Below are positions 1 through 13,135 of a stretch of DNA of 64,000 nt, piece after piece (position 1 is the stretch's first letter; each line of letters begins with the position of its first letter). The DNA comes from Octopus sinensis. Its lineage: Eukaryota. Both the position numbers and the translations under genes were made by a program. The stretch covers positions 100,812,001 to 100,876,000 of the forward strand of contig NC_042999.1 in the NCBI RefSeq assembly GCF_006345805.1. The letters run 5' to 3'. Under the pieces are notes generated by a model. It saw only the letters and a program-made list of their open reading frames with translations. It made no database searches and had not been told where the DNA came from.

Positions 1-645
1 GTTCTAACAGAATAACAGCCCTAAATAACAATGGCCTTCATGTTGAGGCTAGTTAGTCTCTCTTACCCCATTTATGGCACACAAGCTCTCATGTAAATTC
101 ACTAGTCCTGAATAGGTGATTCACAGGGTTAATGTGACAGAAAATATTCAGTTGTTGTAATTATGTGACCAGAGCATAATACCCAGGCCTTAAGGATTGT
201 AGTTTTAATGTAGACCAAATGAGCTCATCAGTGTTATCTGTTATTTAATGAATTTGAGTGACAAAGGGAATTTTATAAGTGACCTATCAAGCTGTTTCAT
301 GGGTTTCTTTTATATCATGCAGGAATATTTCTGAGAATGAGCACCTTGTACTCTTTGATCTTGCTACAGAGACTGAGGGTTTATACAAGTACTTTTGCTT
401 CTTCCATAGCATCACCTTTAGTAATTAACCTGTTTCTTGTAATAAGGAGGCAATAACTGGTCATGATTTGTTAATTCCAAACTCTTTTCAGGATAACTAA
501 ACTACCAGGCTAAAGGTATAACCATTATGTAAAAACACCTGTCAAATATACTGGAAAATACTTTCAGTGACAAACTGGTTAATTCAAGTCTTTTCTTAGT
601 CAAGAGAATCAACAAAATTAATGATACTCCTGAGGATGTCAAGTA

Positions 646-1921
646 TCATGTCATCCCATAAGTTCTGTCCGATTTTACCTTTTTTAAAATTGAATAAAAT
701 TCAATAGTATATTAGAATGTCTAATGGAATTAAAAATTATTTTTATGCATTTGTGTATATTTAAACTAATTACAAACTATTTTACAGAATAATAGAATTA
801 AAATTTTTTTGGTTAAAACCCTTTCTAACATGGAAGTATCCAAAGAGCATTTGAGGCACAGAATGCTTTTTGAGTATGAAAAAAGAAACTCAGCAGCGAA
901 AGTGACTCGAAACACACTCAGTTTATGGGAAAGAATGCTTGAATGAAAGAACTTGTAGAAGATGGTTTGCAAGATTCAGAAGTGGAGATTTCAGCCTTGA
1001 AGATGAAGATCAAACAGGACGTCCAGTTGAGTTTGATGATAAGCCCCTTGAGGCATTACTTGAAGAAAATCCTGCATTATCAGTTGAAGAATTGGCAATG
1101 AAGCTTAGTTCAAACCATACAACTGTTCATCATCATCTTCAACAACTTGGAAAGGTTCCTAAAATTGGAAAATGGGTGCCTCATGAATTGTCCAAAAGCA
1201 GCCGCAAATCTTGAGTTGACATCTGCTCTTCTCTCCATTCTTGTGAACTAATTTCACCCTTTTTGGATAGACTTGTGACTGGGGATGAAAAATGGATCTT
1301 CTATCGAAATGTTAAACATTGTAAACAATGGCTTGGTAAAAGGGAAAAGGCTCAACCACAACCAAGAAGGGAACTTCATGAGAAAAAGGTTCTTCTCTCT
1401 GTCTGGTGGGATTGAAAAAGGAGTAATTCATTTTGAATTGTTACCATCTAATGCAACAATTAATGCTCAAGTCTACTGTCAGCAATTAGAGCATTTGAAT
1501 CAAGCTTTGAAGAAAAAAAGACCCACTTTAGTGAATCAAATAGGAGTGATGTTTCATAAGGACAATGCACAACCCCACACTGCAAAGATCCCATCACAGA
1601 AGATCGAAGAGCTTGGTTGGGAAAAAATTCCTCATCCACCTTATTCTCCCAACTTTGCTCCTTCAGACTACCATTTGTTTCGTAGTTTACAGAATCATTT
1701 AGGGGACATAATGTTCGCAAACCAGGAGGAGGTCGAAACTGACATTTCAGAGTTGTTCGCTTTGAAACCAAAAGAGTTTAACATTGATGGGATTAAAAAG
1801 CTTGTAAATAGATGAAAGGAAGTCATAGATAATCAGGGAAAGTACATTGATGATTAACTATAACATTTGATCACCTGTTTTCTTTATTCAAAATTCGAAC
1901 AGAACTTATGGGGTGACTTGA
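646..1921 (+). mobile_element. Full-length but inactive mariner (DD34D) DNA transposon
   Basis: About 30-bp TIRs (TCATGTCATCCCATAAGTTCTGTCCG at 646; reverse-complement TCAAGTCACCCCATAAGTTCTGTTCG ending 1921), TA on both flanks, about 1.28 kb long, encloses a transposase pseudogene. Confidence 0.93.
830..1857 (+). pseudogene. Mariner transposase pseudogene
   Basis: Motifs WVPHEL, VTGDEKW, HKDNAQPH and HPPYSPNFAPSDYHLF are split over ORFs 939-1214 and 1285-1815 by frameshifts and stops. Confidence 0.93.
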
Positions 1922-2068
1922 TAGCTGAATGTTTTTAATATGGTATCATTGATGGTGTTTCTAGAAGACATTGTTGATCCCAGTGTGAACTTGTGCAGAA
2001 TTTCATGCAAAGGGATAAGCAGTTTCAGTTTATTTTTTTAATGATTATTTCAAGTCAGACTCCTTTGT

Positions 2069-2930
2069 TCAACCTAAGAGTATGATCAGAGCCATCTTAA
2101 TAGTATTATAGACACCTGAACAAAGCAATGTACTGAGGACCATACATAGAGCCTCACAGCATACATAGAATAGCAGTGGGTCCTTAGAATTATAGGGTTC
2201 ACCCTGATGACTGCCGAGTGTACTGCATGCCTTAAGATGGCACTGAGAACAGTCATCAACAAATAAAGCCTTCTGGACAGATTTTTTCCATTCAGCTTGG
2301 TCTTGGCACTCAGCTTGCTTGGGTTGAATAGTGACCATCCTAGTTCGTATCTCAGGAATATTCTTCAGTGAAGCTAAAGCAAGGCATGGAGTAAGACACA
2401 CACAAAGAACAAGATAAACAGCACAATTATAAGGATACGACTTAGTTTCATAGCATTTGAAATTTGAAATGAGGCACGGTGTATTTACTAGAAAGGACAT
2501 ATCTATTGTAGAAGAGAAAGACATATAATAATAAATCTCTGAATGAGGTATAGACAGTAACTGCACAACAATGTGAAGTATATTTACCATCTCAATATGG
2601 CTAACCACTAAGGGTGGATGTTACTGTAGCTTGTAGCCCCAGGAGAACATCTTCTCCAGCTGGTTATTGACACACTTTCTGTGCCCTATCAGTATTTGCA
2701 AAGGGAGGTCATCCTTCCCTCGTCAACCTAAGTGATACACATGGACTGCAGTTTCTGGGTATTGACCCGTCATCAGCGCACGACAATCACCGGTTTTCGA
2801 TGGAAGGGTCCCAATGCAAATATTTATATCCTTTTTCCAGCGATTTTCATCACTGATCTTGAAAAAGTATATACAAGCAATAATAAATCTCTGAACGAGG
2901 TATAGACAGTAACTGCATGACAATGTGAAG
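2069..2930 (-). repeat. Unclassified element with a 52-bp direct repeat and a hammerhead-like motif (possibly Penelope-like pseudo-LTR)
   Basis: Direct repeat at 2527-2578 and 2879-2930 (49/52 identical); TCAACCTAAG at about 2069 and 2723; hammerhead-like core on the minus strand at 2738-2782. Confidence 0.45.
2738..2782 (-). ncRNA. Hammerhead ribozyme-like motif (type I, minimal)
   Basis: Minus strand reads cgtgcg-CTGATGA-c-GGGT-caat-ACCC-a-GAA-ACTGCAGT-C-catgtg: intact core, 4-bp stem II, palindromic stem III, UC cleavage triplet end; stem I weak. Confidence 0.6.
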
Positions 2931-3190
2931 AAAGACAATTTTGATGAATCTCCTCACACAGCTGAACTGTGAAAGGTTGACCTGAAGTGTTCTTTCATAA
3001 TTTTTCTCAAGCAGATATCATTGGGCAGATGTTGCCTGAAACATATTCATTTAACATATTTAAAAAGATAATATATTAACAAAGGTATGATCCAATAGTT
3101 TGCTGCATTAAATCTGTAATCGTTCTGGAGCGGTCATTAGAAATCTTTCCTCCCACCGAAAAAGTGATATGTGTGTAACTGCTACAGCTA

Positions 3191-3227
<37 letters not shown>

Positions 3228-3249
3228 ACACACATAGAGTAGAGTTGTT

Positions 3250-3530
3250 ATCATCATTGTTTAACATCCATTTTCCATGCTGGCATGGGTTGGATGGTTT
3301 GACTGAAGAGTGGCAAGCCAGAAGGCTGCACCAGGCTCCAATATGATCTGGCAATGTTTCTACAGCTGGATGCCCTTCCTAACACCAACCACTCCAAGAG
3401 TGTAGTAGGTGCTTTTTATGTGCCACTGGCACAGGAACTAGTCAGGCGGGCCTGGCATTGATCACATTCGGACAGTGCTTTTTACGTGCCACTAGCATAG
3501 GAGCCAGTCAGTGGGTACTGGCATCAGCTA
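3250..3530 (-). mobile_element. OK-type SINE / RTE 3'-end repeat
   Basis: Reverse complement of the family seen at 15891-16255 (ccatgctggcatggg, ctggatgcccttcctaacaccaaccactc, gtgctttttatgtgccac); (CAT)n tail remnant. Confidence 0.75.
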
Positions 3531-4277
3531 CGTTTGGATAATCAAAACTAAATGTTGGGTCTGATGATATGGTGGACTGAGCTAAGCCTGATAAAACCCT
3601 GACTATATGATACCTCATGCAGCTATGAGATGTGAAGCAGTATAGAATGTAATGTCCAACTGAACAAATTAAAATGGTGGCAGCAAATTTCAACTGAAAA
3701 CCCATGAGAAGTCCAAAATGTTATCTATTCAACCAAGTTATTTGTAACAAACACACACACACATTAAATTAATATTAACACTATACTGTTGTTGTTGATG
3801 ATGATGATGATGATGACAATGATGATGTATAGCATTGTTGATGATGTCAATAATTTGCACTGAAATTTAAGAGGAATGAGAAAAAATTAATAAATTGTTA
3901 TTTATAGATAATATCAAGTTAGTTCTCTTCTCACACTTTGTTATGTTTGAGAAAGAAACAGAAGTTGAAGTTTTAAGAAGAATCAGCAAAATTAAATCAT
4001 AGAATCTGATGTGGTTTAAAATAAAATTAAATTGATAAAAGTAGAGATAATAGCTCCTATTAAAAGCTGCATCGAATTTTGATAAAGTTTGTTAATCACT
4101 ATTAAGTAGTGTATGTATATTTCTTACTGTTAAGTCCCTTCTTTTAAATTCTATTTTAATTTTTGTCACATAATAGCATTTTGATTTCATTCTAACATTC
4201 TTCCCCAGAACAAATTGGATTAATTCAATAAAGCACTTATTGGAAAGTAGAACCTGAATTGAAGCTTAGAGAGTGGA

Positions 4278-4279
<2 letters not shown>

Positions 4280-4315
<36 letters not shown>

Positions 4316-4318
4316 CAC

Positions 4319-4373
<55 letters not shown>

Positions 4374-4383
4374 TGTGTGTGTG
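4280..4383. repeat. (GT)n/(GCGT)n compound microsatellite
   Basis: Directly visible. Confidence 0.95.
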
Positions 4384-4539
4384 AATGAGTGGGGCTGAAA
4401 AATTTGAAACTCTTTAAGAAAAACAATTATTTGATTAGCTGAATGTTTGATCTGAGTAGAGGTAACTGCATTGTAGATTAAAATAAAGTCAGATTTAGAA
4501 AGATATTGTAAAGTGAAGTAAGTTCCAATTAAAGAAACA

Positions 4540-6013
4540 TCAAGAGGAATGCTGTCAGGTTATATTTTGTACTGAATGCCAGAAAAGTATAACAACCCCC
4601 AAGTTAAGAATACGACCATACACTGATCAAGACATACCAAGATGATGGCTGTAGCGAGATGAAAAACATTAGAAACATAAGAATTATAAGAATATTCTTT
4701 CTTAATATAAATATTCTGAATGTCTAATGGATTCTTCACTGTGTTAATATTTTCTTCTGGAAATAAAACATGTAGTCGTTCATGTTTAGACCCAGGTCAA
4801 CTAGCTGTCCCCATCCTGGTAAAACAATGTAGGGGATGCGCTATGGCAGCAAAGGCACCCTCAGTGCAGATACAGCCATGACCAAAAATGGATTCAGCAT
4901 GGTCTAGACTGCATGTGGATTTCACAGGACCAATAACTGGATCTTATTATATCATTGTGGTGGATAGAAATTCCAAATGGCCTGAAGTATGTAAATATTC
5001 AAGGCCAACCACAACTGTAACTATTGACTTCTTGGAAGAATTGTTCACTCGTTATAGAGTGTCTGATATGATTGTGTCGGATAATGGCACACAATTCATG
5101 GTGAAGGAGTTTGAAAGATTCTGTAAGTTGGTCCAGATGAAGAATGTGTTAACTCCACCATACCATCCAAGGTTAAATGGGTTAGGGGAAAGATTCATCA
5201 ACACATTCAAGAGAGCTTTAAGAAAGACTAGATGGGAAGTCCTTGAAGATAGAAATATGACAAAGTTCTTACAGGTGCACAGAATAACACCAAATCCAAA
5301 TGCAAAGTTGAGTAGGTCACCCACAGATTTGATGTTCTCCAGAAAAGATTTGTTGTGTTTGACAAATTGTTGCTGAGTAGGAAATGGAAAATTCAAAATT
5401 CGGGAAGTAGAATGAAATTTTTAAACACAGGTGATGAAGTGTATTTTAAAATATATAAAAATGGAAAACAGGACTGGGAACTGGATGTCTGGGCAATGTG
5501 ATGTACATGGTAAAAGGACCAAAATATGAACATAAAAGGCATTCTAACCAATTAAAGAAAAGATATACCAAAAATCAAGAAAGGTGAGAGGAGCCAATGG
5601 ATATATGGTATGACATGTTTGAGGTCTCAGAACCACAAGTGATAGCAGAACTGACACATAGGTCAAACAGGAAAAGAAAAGCTACAGAAATGATGGAAAT
5701 TAATGCCAAGAGAAAGAAATATGCCAGTTTCTCACCAAGGAAATAAAATTAATAAAAATAAGGAATAAATAAATAAAAAAAGACAAAGCCAATCTCAAAA
5801 GGGGAAGTGTTGTGTGGAAGTAGAACACCCCTATTGGTTGGCTCCTAACGGAATGTGCCACAATATAAATAGATATATGCAGAGAGCCTTCATCGCAGAG
5901 TAAAGCCGAGAGTTATATACTGTCAAGGGTTATTACCAGTATCATAAGTAGAATGATTTGCGAGGACACTATTATTATCCCATTATATCATACGTCAAAC
6001 ATGCGATACAACA
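4540..6013 (+). mobile_element. 5'-truncated Ty3/Gypsy LTR retrotransposon remnant (integrase, PPT, 3' LTR)
   Basis: Integrase core WSRLHVDFTGP...IVSDNGTQF...PPYHPRLNGLGERF (ORF 4888-5376); CxxC just upstream; polypurine tract AAAAGGGGAAG at 5797-5807 abutting the LTR. Confidence 0.88.
5808..6013 (+). repeat. 3' LTR (206 bp) of the Gypsy remnant
   Basis: Starts TGTTGT directly after the PPT and ends ACAACA (inverted termini, TG...CA). Confidence 0.8.
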
Positions 6014-6146
6014 AATAGATTGCCCATTGCTTGAAAAAGATATGAGCATCCTGTAGTAAAAAGAAAGTGAAGTAACAGTCTTAAAGATGAAATTTAAATC
6101 TTATACAAAAATGTACAAATTAGTGTCAGTTTTCAGACATAAAGTA

Positions 6147-6151
<5 letters not shown>

Positions 6152-6205
<54 letters not shown>
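6152..6205. repeat. (GA)n microsatellite
   Basis: Directly visible. Confidence 0.95.
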
Positions 6206-6208
<3 letters not shown>

Positions 6209-7169
6209 TATCTATAATTCAATATATTTAGACATGGAAAGTGTTAAAACAAAAACAAAAGAGATGTCATATTAAATAATAAATTAACAAATTCTTGGAG
6301 ATTCCTACTCCCCTCCAACCAATGAACATTAAAAATAATTTCAGAAAAAAAAAATCCTTCAATTCATCAAGTTAAAATTATTGAAAGAAATATTAACTCT
6401 AAAAGTTATATTTTGCCAAATCTTAAATTTCTTCTTCCTTTTAGTAAATCTTATTTGAATAATTGAAATTGAAATTTCTCTTCTGATTTCTTTACCCAGT
6501 AGCTATTATTTGTACTAAAATTGGAAGCATATTAAGAAAATTATTGGATTCATATTCTTTTTTATATTTCTTAATCTAAAAGCTCCAGGAATAAGAATGG
6601 ATTTACAAAGTTGTTGAACTAATAATAATGTTTTCTGATGTTGGCACAAAGCCACAACACCTACAAGAGAGAGGATAGTGGTGATGGATTCATCTGCCAG
6701 CAATGAAGTTCGAGCAGCCAGTAGCAAGAAAAGAAAAATAGAAGTATTGTTACTGAACAACCTGCACAAAGAATTTCTTTGAAGTTGAGTAAACTTGTGC
6801 AGAACCTACCTCACTGTCTCCTTGAAACTGTACAGTCTCAACTGGTGCAGACTGCTCTATGTGCCAGACATAAAAGGACACATACAAAGAAAAGTAAAGA
6901 TGCAAAGCCCAAACATATTGTTGCTAATATTTCTTACTGTTGCAGTTCACAACATATATGAAGTGCTCCTTGATAAGTTTATCTAATAACGTCACACATA
7001 AGCCTAAGCTGATGGCAGACACCAAAATACACAAAATAATTTATGTAACTGTATTGTGATGCATTAAACTACCTGCTGCCATAGACAAGATGTTTAGGTG
7101 TCCATCACCCACAAAATGGTCTTACGGTGTGCCCATTCACCATCCCATTCACACACACACACCACTGGA

Positions 7170-7385
7170 AAGCTAATTTAAGCACAAGGTCAGCAATTTA
7201 GAGGAGAAGGAATGAATCAATACCACTGATTCTAGTACTTGAATGATACTTTATTTTATTAACCCTGAAAGGATGAAAGGCAAAGTTACTTCAGTGGGAT
7301 TTGAACTCAGAACAAAAAGAACCATATCAAATACTGTAAAGCATTTTTAACCAATGCTCTATTGATTCTACCAATCCACTGCCCT
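7170..7385 (-). mobile_element. tRNA-derived SINE (family B, normally (ATT)n-tailed), diverged
   Basis: Matches copies at 13195 and 22510 (gaaaggatgaaaggcaaag...gatttgaactcagaac); B-box GAGTTCAAAT on the minus strand. Confidence 0.7.
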
Positions 7386-7599
7386 ACACAGCAAAGACAT
7401 AATCACCACCACCACCACCACCATCACCATCGTTATTATAATATTGAAATTAGTGAAGTAATAGACAAAGTAGGGTATCAGAGTGAAATACTCTTCAGTA
7501 TACAAAACAACAAGAAACCTTTATATGATTTCTTGAACAGCTAGAAATGGTAGTTACATCTCTTCCACATACTATAAGAAAGGAAACAATTAGATAATG

Positions 7600-8400
7600 T
7601 ATTCTTTTTTTGCAACCTTGATGATTTGTCACCTTTTCCCAGTTCCATCTCCTCCACAAGATTATGAGGTAGGACTGCCGCTTAGAGCCTCCAGCCAGCT
7701 CTGTCTTGGGGTAGGAGACATCTTGGCCTTCTTGGTTGTATACTCTGCCATCTCCAAGTATGGCTTCACTGTCTTTCTGATTCCACTATTGTTATCCTCA
7801 GAGCTTTGACTTGTGTGGTGGCAACATCACCAATATCAATGGTTTTCAGTTGTCTACTGCACCCACCTTTTGTTTTAGTTTTTCTTTTTCTGGGGATTAG
7901 GTCCTGATGTGATTCATGCTCCAGCACATGTTGCAAGTGTGCTTTCCACCACACTGAATCAACTTCCTCTCTGCTCTATCTACAAAGATATAATTCTGAC
8001 AAAACCTTTGGTGTTGTGTGCATACAGTGAAGTAATCAGGACAAAAATATATACGCAGATTCTCACCCAATCACATGTATTCCTGACTGGCCTCTGCTGT
8101 ATTGAAAAGGTGGTTACAAATCAAGAGTCTGCATTGGTACTTATAGAATTGACCTAACACTTGCATTTTTTCCTGCTCATGTAATGTGGCATTTCTTGCA
8201 GACAAAGAGCAAATGACACCTGCTTGCTTTCTTGCTTCATCTTCAATCTTGAGTCATAGATACAAACTTCTATATGTGAGTATACAACCTGCCATACATC
8301 AGCCATAAAAACAAATCATCTCACTTTCTTCCTTGCCCTTTTCTCAGATATGTATGTCACCTTCTTCCTCTTTAACAAAATGGGAACTCTCTTTTATAAA
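7600..8400 (-). mobile_element. Highly degraded non-LTR retrotransposon fragment (possibly RLE-type)
   Basis: Broken frames with FYKY-like and LYL...LIQ-like remnants resembling the C-terminal part of RT; no intact ORF. Confidence 0.3.
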
Positions 8401-9139
8401 ATACTTCTTCTATGCTTTTTCTTTTTCTTGGAGCTAACTCTTTTTTAGGCTTACAAAGCTAGCAAAAGATAAATTGCTGTTGTGGTTTCTTCTTTTGTTA
8501 TTGTCATTTAAGTTTGCATTTTCTTTTGTACTTCTTAAATTGTAACTGTGTTGATAGCTTTGTTCATTTGTTGGTAACTTTTTCCTGTTTACCTTTTATT
8601 TTCTTTAATCTGACTTTGCGTTTACAAAAATTTTTGGGAGGAACAAAAGACACTGATACCATAATTGTGGTTAGCACTCACTCTGCTACCATAGAAACAG
8701 CAATATTGGACAATGAATGAATGAGAAATACATGTGCACCAACCCAGGTAATGGAATTGACATTTAAAACTTCTGAAGCCATTTGTTGGTAAAAGAACCA
8801 ACAAAACCTTTTATCATGAAGTAATCCGGGAAGAAATCACCTGAATGGAGCTCTGTGAAATGCAACAGTTCAGAGTAAACAACAACAACAACAATTTTTC
8901 TCTATTTTAATGATTCTTGACATATACACAAGGTCCTCCTTGGAAGGATGAAAAGAAAATAAACACTTGTGGGATTTGAACACAGAATAGAAAGAGATGA
9001 TGTATCTGAATACTACAAGGTATTCTATATGTTCATCTACTACCAATTCTGACACCCTTTTATATAATTCTTTTAATAGTAGCAATAATTGAACACATAT
9101 GAGTCAATGCACCAATTTAGACACATGTATACATAATCA

Positions 9140-9440
9140 TACATCTGGTTGTGTTGTAAAGAAGTTTGCTTCCTGGCCTTGTGGGTTCGGTTTTGGTCTC
9201 ATTGAATGATACCTTAGGTAGGTATCTTCTGCTATAGACGATGGTCAACCAAAGCCTTGTGAATAGATTTAGCAAATGAAACCTGAATGATGCCTACCAT
9301 ATGTGCATGTGTATGTGTGTATATGTGCATGTGTTCGTAACTTCTTGTCTTGACATCATGTGGCATGTTGTCATCATACAAATGATGCCGTTCATTTCTA
9401 ACATTCCACAAAAGGGTTGGTGACAGGAAGGGTATCCAAC
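9140..9440 (+). mobile_element. tRNA-derived SINE (family A head, microsatellite, RTE-like 3' body)
   Basis: Head segment (caaccaaagccttgtgaatagatttagcaaatgaaac) then GT-rich hinge then gggttggtgacaggaagggtatcca. Confidence 0.65.
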
Positions 9441-9730
9441 AATAGAAAAACATAAATAAACTCAATTCCTCATCACTGTCAATTAAATATCCCAATTTTG
9501 CCAAACACCCCCCACCACACACACAGAGACTGTATTCCATTTTGCAGCCATTTGGTAGAATAATATGGTTGCGAAATAAAATATGGTGTCCCTACCAGCA
9601 ATTAATACGTACATACCACTTGTCAGGGATGTCTTTAATATGTAAAATTGGTCTATCCAATAGTGTTACATTGTTAAATTTAGTGGGTATTTAAGCAATG
9701 TGTTCAAGGATAATTAATGGGTTGGATGCG

Positions 9731-9774
9731 GTGCTGAAGAAGGTGCAATAACTCCTGAAATATGTATATACACT
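9731..9774 (+). ncRNA. Degenerate hammerhead ribozyme-like motif
   Basis: gtg-CTGAAGA-a-GGtgc-aata-actCC-t-GAA-ATATGTATAT-A-cac: core intact, stem II has two mismatches. Confidence 0.45.
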
Positions 9775-9973
9775 CATTACTTATTTTCAATTTTCCATTG
9801 TATTATTTACATAGATGTCTTCATATACAAAACATCATAACTTTCAGTGCTGATTCTAAATTCTATAGAAAATCTGTAGAGACAAACTTAAAAGTGATTG
9901 TATCACACTGCTAATACAAAAACAAAAATAGGACAAAATATTGACATATAAACTTTTGGTATACTTGGTAGAA

Positions 9974-11241
9974 TCAGATCATTAAGGATGAAATGTCCGA
10001 TTTTCTTGTGCACCAAGTTTGACAGTCATTAACTCTAATGTTTTATCCTGACAACTTTTTGTTCTACAACATTGAAGAGTTACCTTCATAACTTTGTGAA
10101 ATGCAATTCATGGTGTCTGATTATATTATATTTACTCTTGTAAATAAATTTTTGTGAACCCATGGATAGATAAAAAATTCATATTGTTTATGAATATGAG
10201 TTCCATCATGGAACCAATGCATCCCAGACAGTTTGAAACATCAATGAAGTGTTTGGTGAAAATGTGGCAAATGAGCACACTGTACATCGAAGTTCTGGTC
10301 TGGTGACTTTACTCTTGAAAATCAGCCCTGTGGTAGACCTGAGACCAAGGCGGATAATGATGAGCTGGAAACTGTAGTGGAAGCAGATACATCTCAAAGT
10401 ATATGTGAGTTAGTTGCAAGGTTTATGTTTCAATTCCAACTGCATTGGACCATCTAAAACAAATAAGCAAGGTAAAGAATCTGGACAATTGGGTACCACA
10501 TGAACTGAACGAGAATCAAATGATACATTGTCTTGAAACTTGCTGTTCTTTGCTATCACAACATAAAAGCAAACCATTTTTGCATCATATAGTTATGTGT
10601 GATGGAAAATGGATTCTTTTCAACAATGACAAGTGTTCTGCATGGTGGTTGGATAAAGACAAAGTGCCAAAATACAACCCAAAAAGAATATTCATCAAAA
10701 AAAGCTAATGGTGTCTGTTTTGTGGTTCAGCACTGGTGTCATCCACTGCAGCTTCATGGGTCCTGGTAAGTCAATTACAGTGAATGTATACATCAACCAA
10801 CTGGATGAAATGAGTGAACTTGCAATTAAACAATTGAGATTGGTCAATAGAGACAGGCCAATTCTCTGACAAGACAATGCTTGACCACATGTTGCACATG
10901 TTACTCAAGTTACAGGAACTGAAATTGGAAGTACTCTGTCAACTCTGTCATCCACCATATCCACCAGATCTTACACCAACTATCATCTTTCCCAGGTATT
11001 AGACAACTTTTTGCAAGGAAAAACTTCAAATCTGAAGAAGAAGCAAAAATAGCCTTTCGTGATTTCATCACCTCTTGCTCTCCAGAATTTTTTGCTGCCA
11101 GCATAAATAAGTTACCGATAAAATGGCAAAATAGTGTTGTTAATTTAGGTGCATACTTTGATTAACTGCATGGCTTTTTATTGAGATAAAGTAATGTAAA
11201 CTTTTAATTCAAAATCAAACATTTCATTCTTTATGACCTGA
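9974..11241 (+). mobile_element. Second full-length inactive mariner element
   Basis: TIRs TCAGATCATTAAGGATGAAATGTCCGATTTT and reverse-complement TCAGGTCATAAAGAATGAAATGTTTGATTTT; transposase remnants WVPHEL, MCDGKWILF, QDNA*PH, HPPYPPDL; multiple frameshifts; stop at about 11165. Confidence 0.9.
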
Positions 11242-11639
11242 TATATTATAGTTGTAACACAAAATACACTGTCCAGCAATTAATATATATATATACACAC
11301 ACATCCATGCATGTGTGTGTATAACAACAATAACAAAAATAAACAATAATGCAAAATGTGTTAAGTCTTTCAAAAAAAAAAATTCTTCACAGACCCCATC
11401 CCACCCTCTAAAATTACAAATTGAATCTAATATAGGTAGAAAGCTAAAGATTTATGGAAGGAGAATAGTCATTGTTCCAGCCTCAATTCTTGACTGATGC
11501 TTTATTTTATTGACCCAGGAAGGATGCAAGGCAAAGGTGAGCTTGGCAGGATCTAAACTCAGACAAATAAAGAGTTGCGACAAATATTTCAAAGCATTTT
11601 GTCTGAGTGAATGGTTATTGGTTGAAAAATTTTACACAG

Positions 11640-13135
11640 TTGCATGAAAGGACAGCTGCACACCTGCAGCAGGGATACATCCCTACCAAGATGACATATG
11701 GATGAATGTTATATCCCAAGGACTCTTGAAAGATAAATTGGTATCAAACTTTTAACTTATAACATGTTTACCACCCATGTGGAAGCTTATAACCAGTGTC
11801 TGGGCAGAAAAGTTACATAATTATCTGGAAAGTAACAATTTACTTTCAGTAGAACAGAGAGGATGCAAGAAGCAAAGTGGGTCAAATAAAGACTTATTAG
11901 TTGATAAAATGATAAATTGTAGAAGCAGATCAATGGGATTGAATGTAGCATAATTGGATTACAGAAAAGCATATGACTCGGTACTGCACAGTCGAATAAG
12001 TAACACAAGAGCATGTTTGTAGTGGCAGAAAATATGGAGAAAACAGTTGGTGAAAGTAAGGAAACTCTGGAATACTGAATTGATTGGAGATAAACAAGGA
12101 CTTGGGAAAGTAAACATTAAACATGATATATATCAAGGTGATGGGTTGTCTCCATTACTATTTGTATTGGCCATGATACTGCTCAGTTTGGTGTTATTAG
12201 AAGTCAAAACAGATTATGATTTGGGAAGAGGATATGGTCAGATAAATCATCTCCTTTTTATGGATGATATAAAGCTTTATGCATAAAATGAGAAGCAGTT
12301 TGAAAGTCTTGTACATACTGCTTGCATTTTCTCAAATGATGTACGCATGGAATTTGCGATTGAAAAGTATGCTACATATGAAACGAGGAAGATTTGAAAG
12401 AAGCCAAGAAACTGAAAAGTCAAATGGGCAAACAATAAAAGCAGATGGAAAGGACAGTGGTATAAGTATTTGGGAATACTGGCGGCAAATGAAATGAAAC
12501 ATGAAGAGATGAAGCAATTTACAAGTAAGGAGTATACAAAGTGAGTGAAGAAAATATTACGAAGTTGAATTCTAGAAATGGTACTGAAGCCATGAAAGAA
12601 AGAACAGTACTGGTAATCAGATATGGAGTTGGAATTATAGATTTGGTAAAAGGCAGCACAGAAACTTGACTGAAAAACTAGAAAGCTGTTGACAATGTAT
12701 GGAGCCCACCATCTGAAAGCTTATATTAACTGATTGTACTTGAATTGAAGAGAGACCTGGGTGGAAGAGGCTTGACTGCTGTGGAAGGGTGTGTACAGAT
12801 GGAAAGAAAGCCTACTAGAATAGTACTGAGAAATTACAGTGAATACAGAACGGGTGATCGAGTGTGGAACGGGAGAAAGGACAAGAGCAAATTCAAAGAG
12901 AGCATGTTAAACATATTGAAGAGAAAGCTTTGCATGGTTAGTTCTGGAAAGCTACTGAGGATAAATATGGAACAAAATCTGGGCTTGACTGGAAAAAGGG
13001 GCAATTGAAAAAAGAAATAGAGAGCCTAATTATAGCAAACCAAGATCAAGCATTAAAAAAAAGAACTTGAGAAAATATATGTAACCCGCCACCCTCATAA
13101 ATTCTATCAAGAATAAGACCAATCCTGAATCAAGT

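Noticed and set aside
300-460. Plus-strand acceptor-like site with the frame NISENEHLVLFDLATETEGLYKYF
   Set aside because: Runs into a stop without a donor; at best a LINE YKYLG-type relic, too short to call.
2204-2255. CTGATGA followed by a tgcc...ggca pairing as another hammerhead
   Set aside because: GAAA core is absent (GAGA) and the spacing does not fit.
6600-6990. Possible piggyBac-like transposase remnant (LYVPDIKGHIQRK...VAVHNIY)
   Set aside because: Motif order and similarity are too weak; no TTAA-bounded TIRs found.
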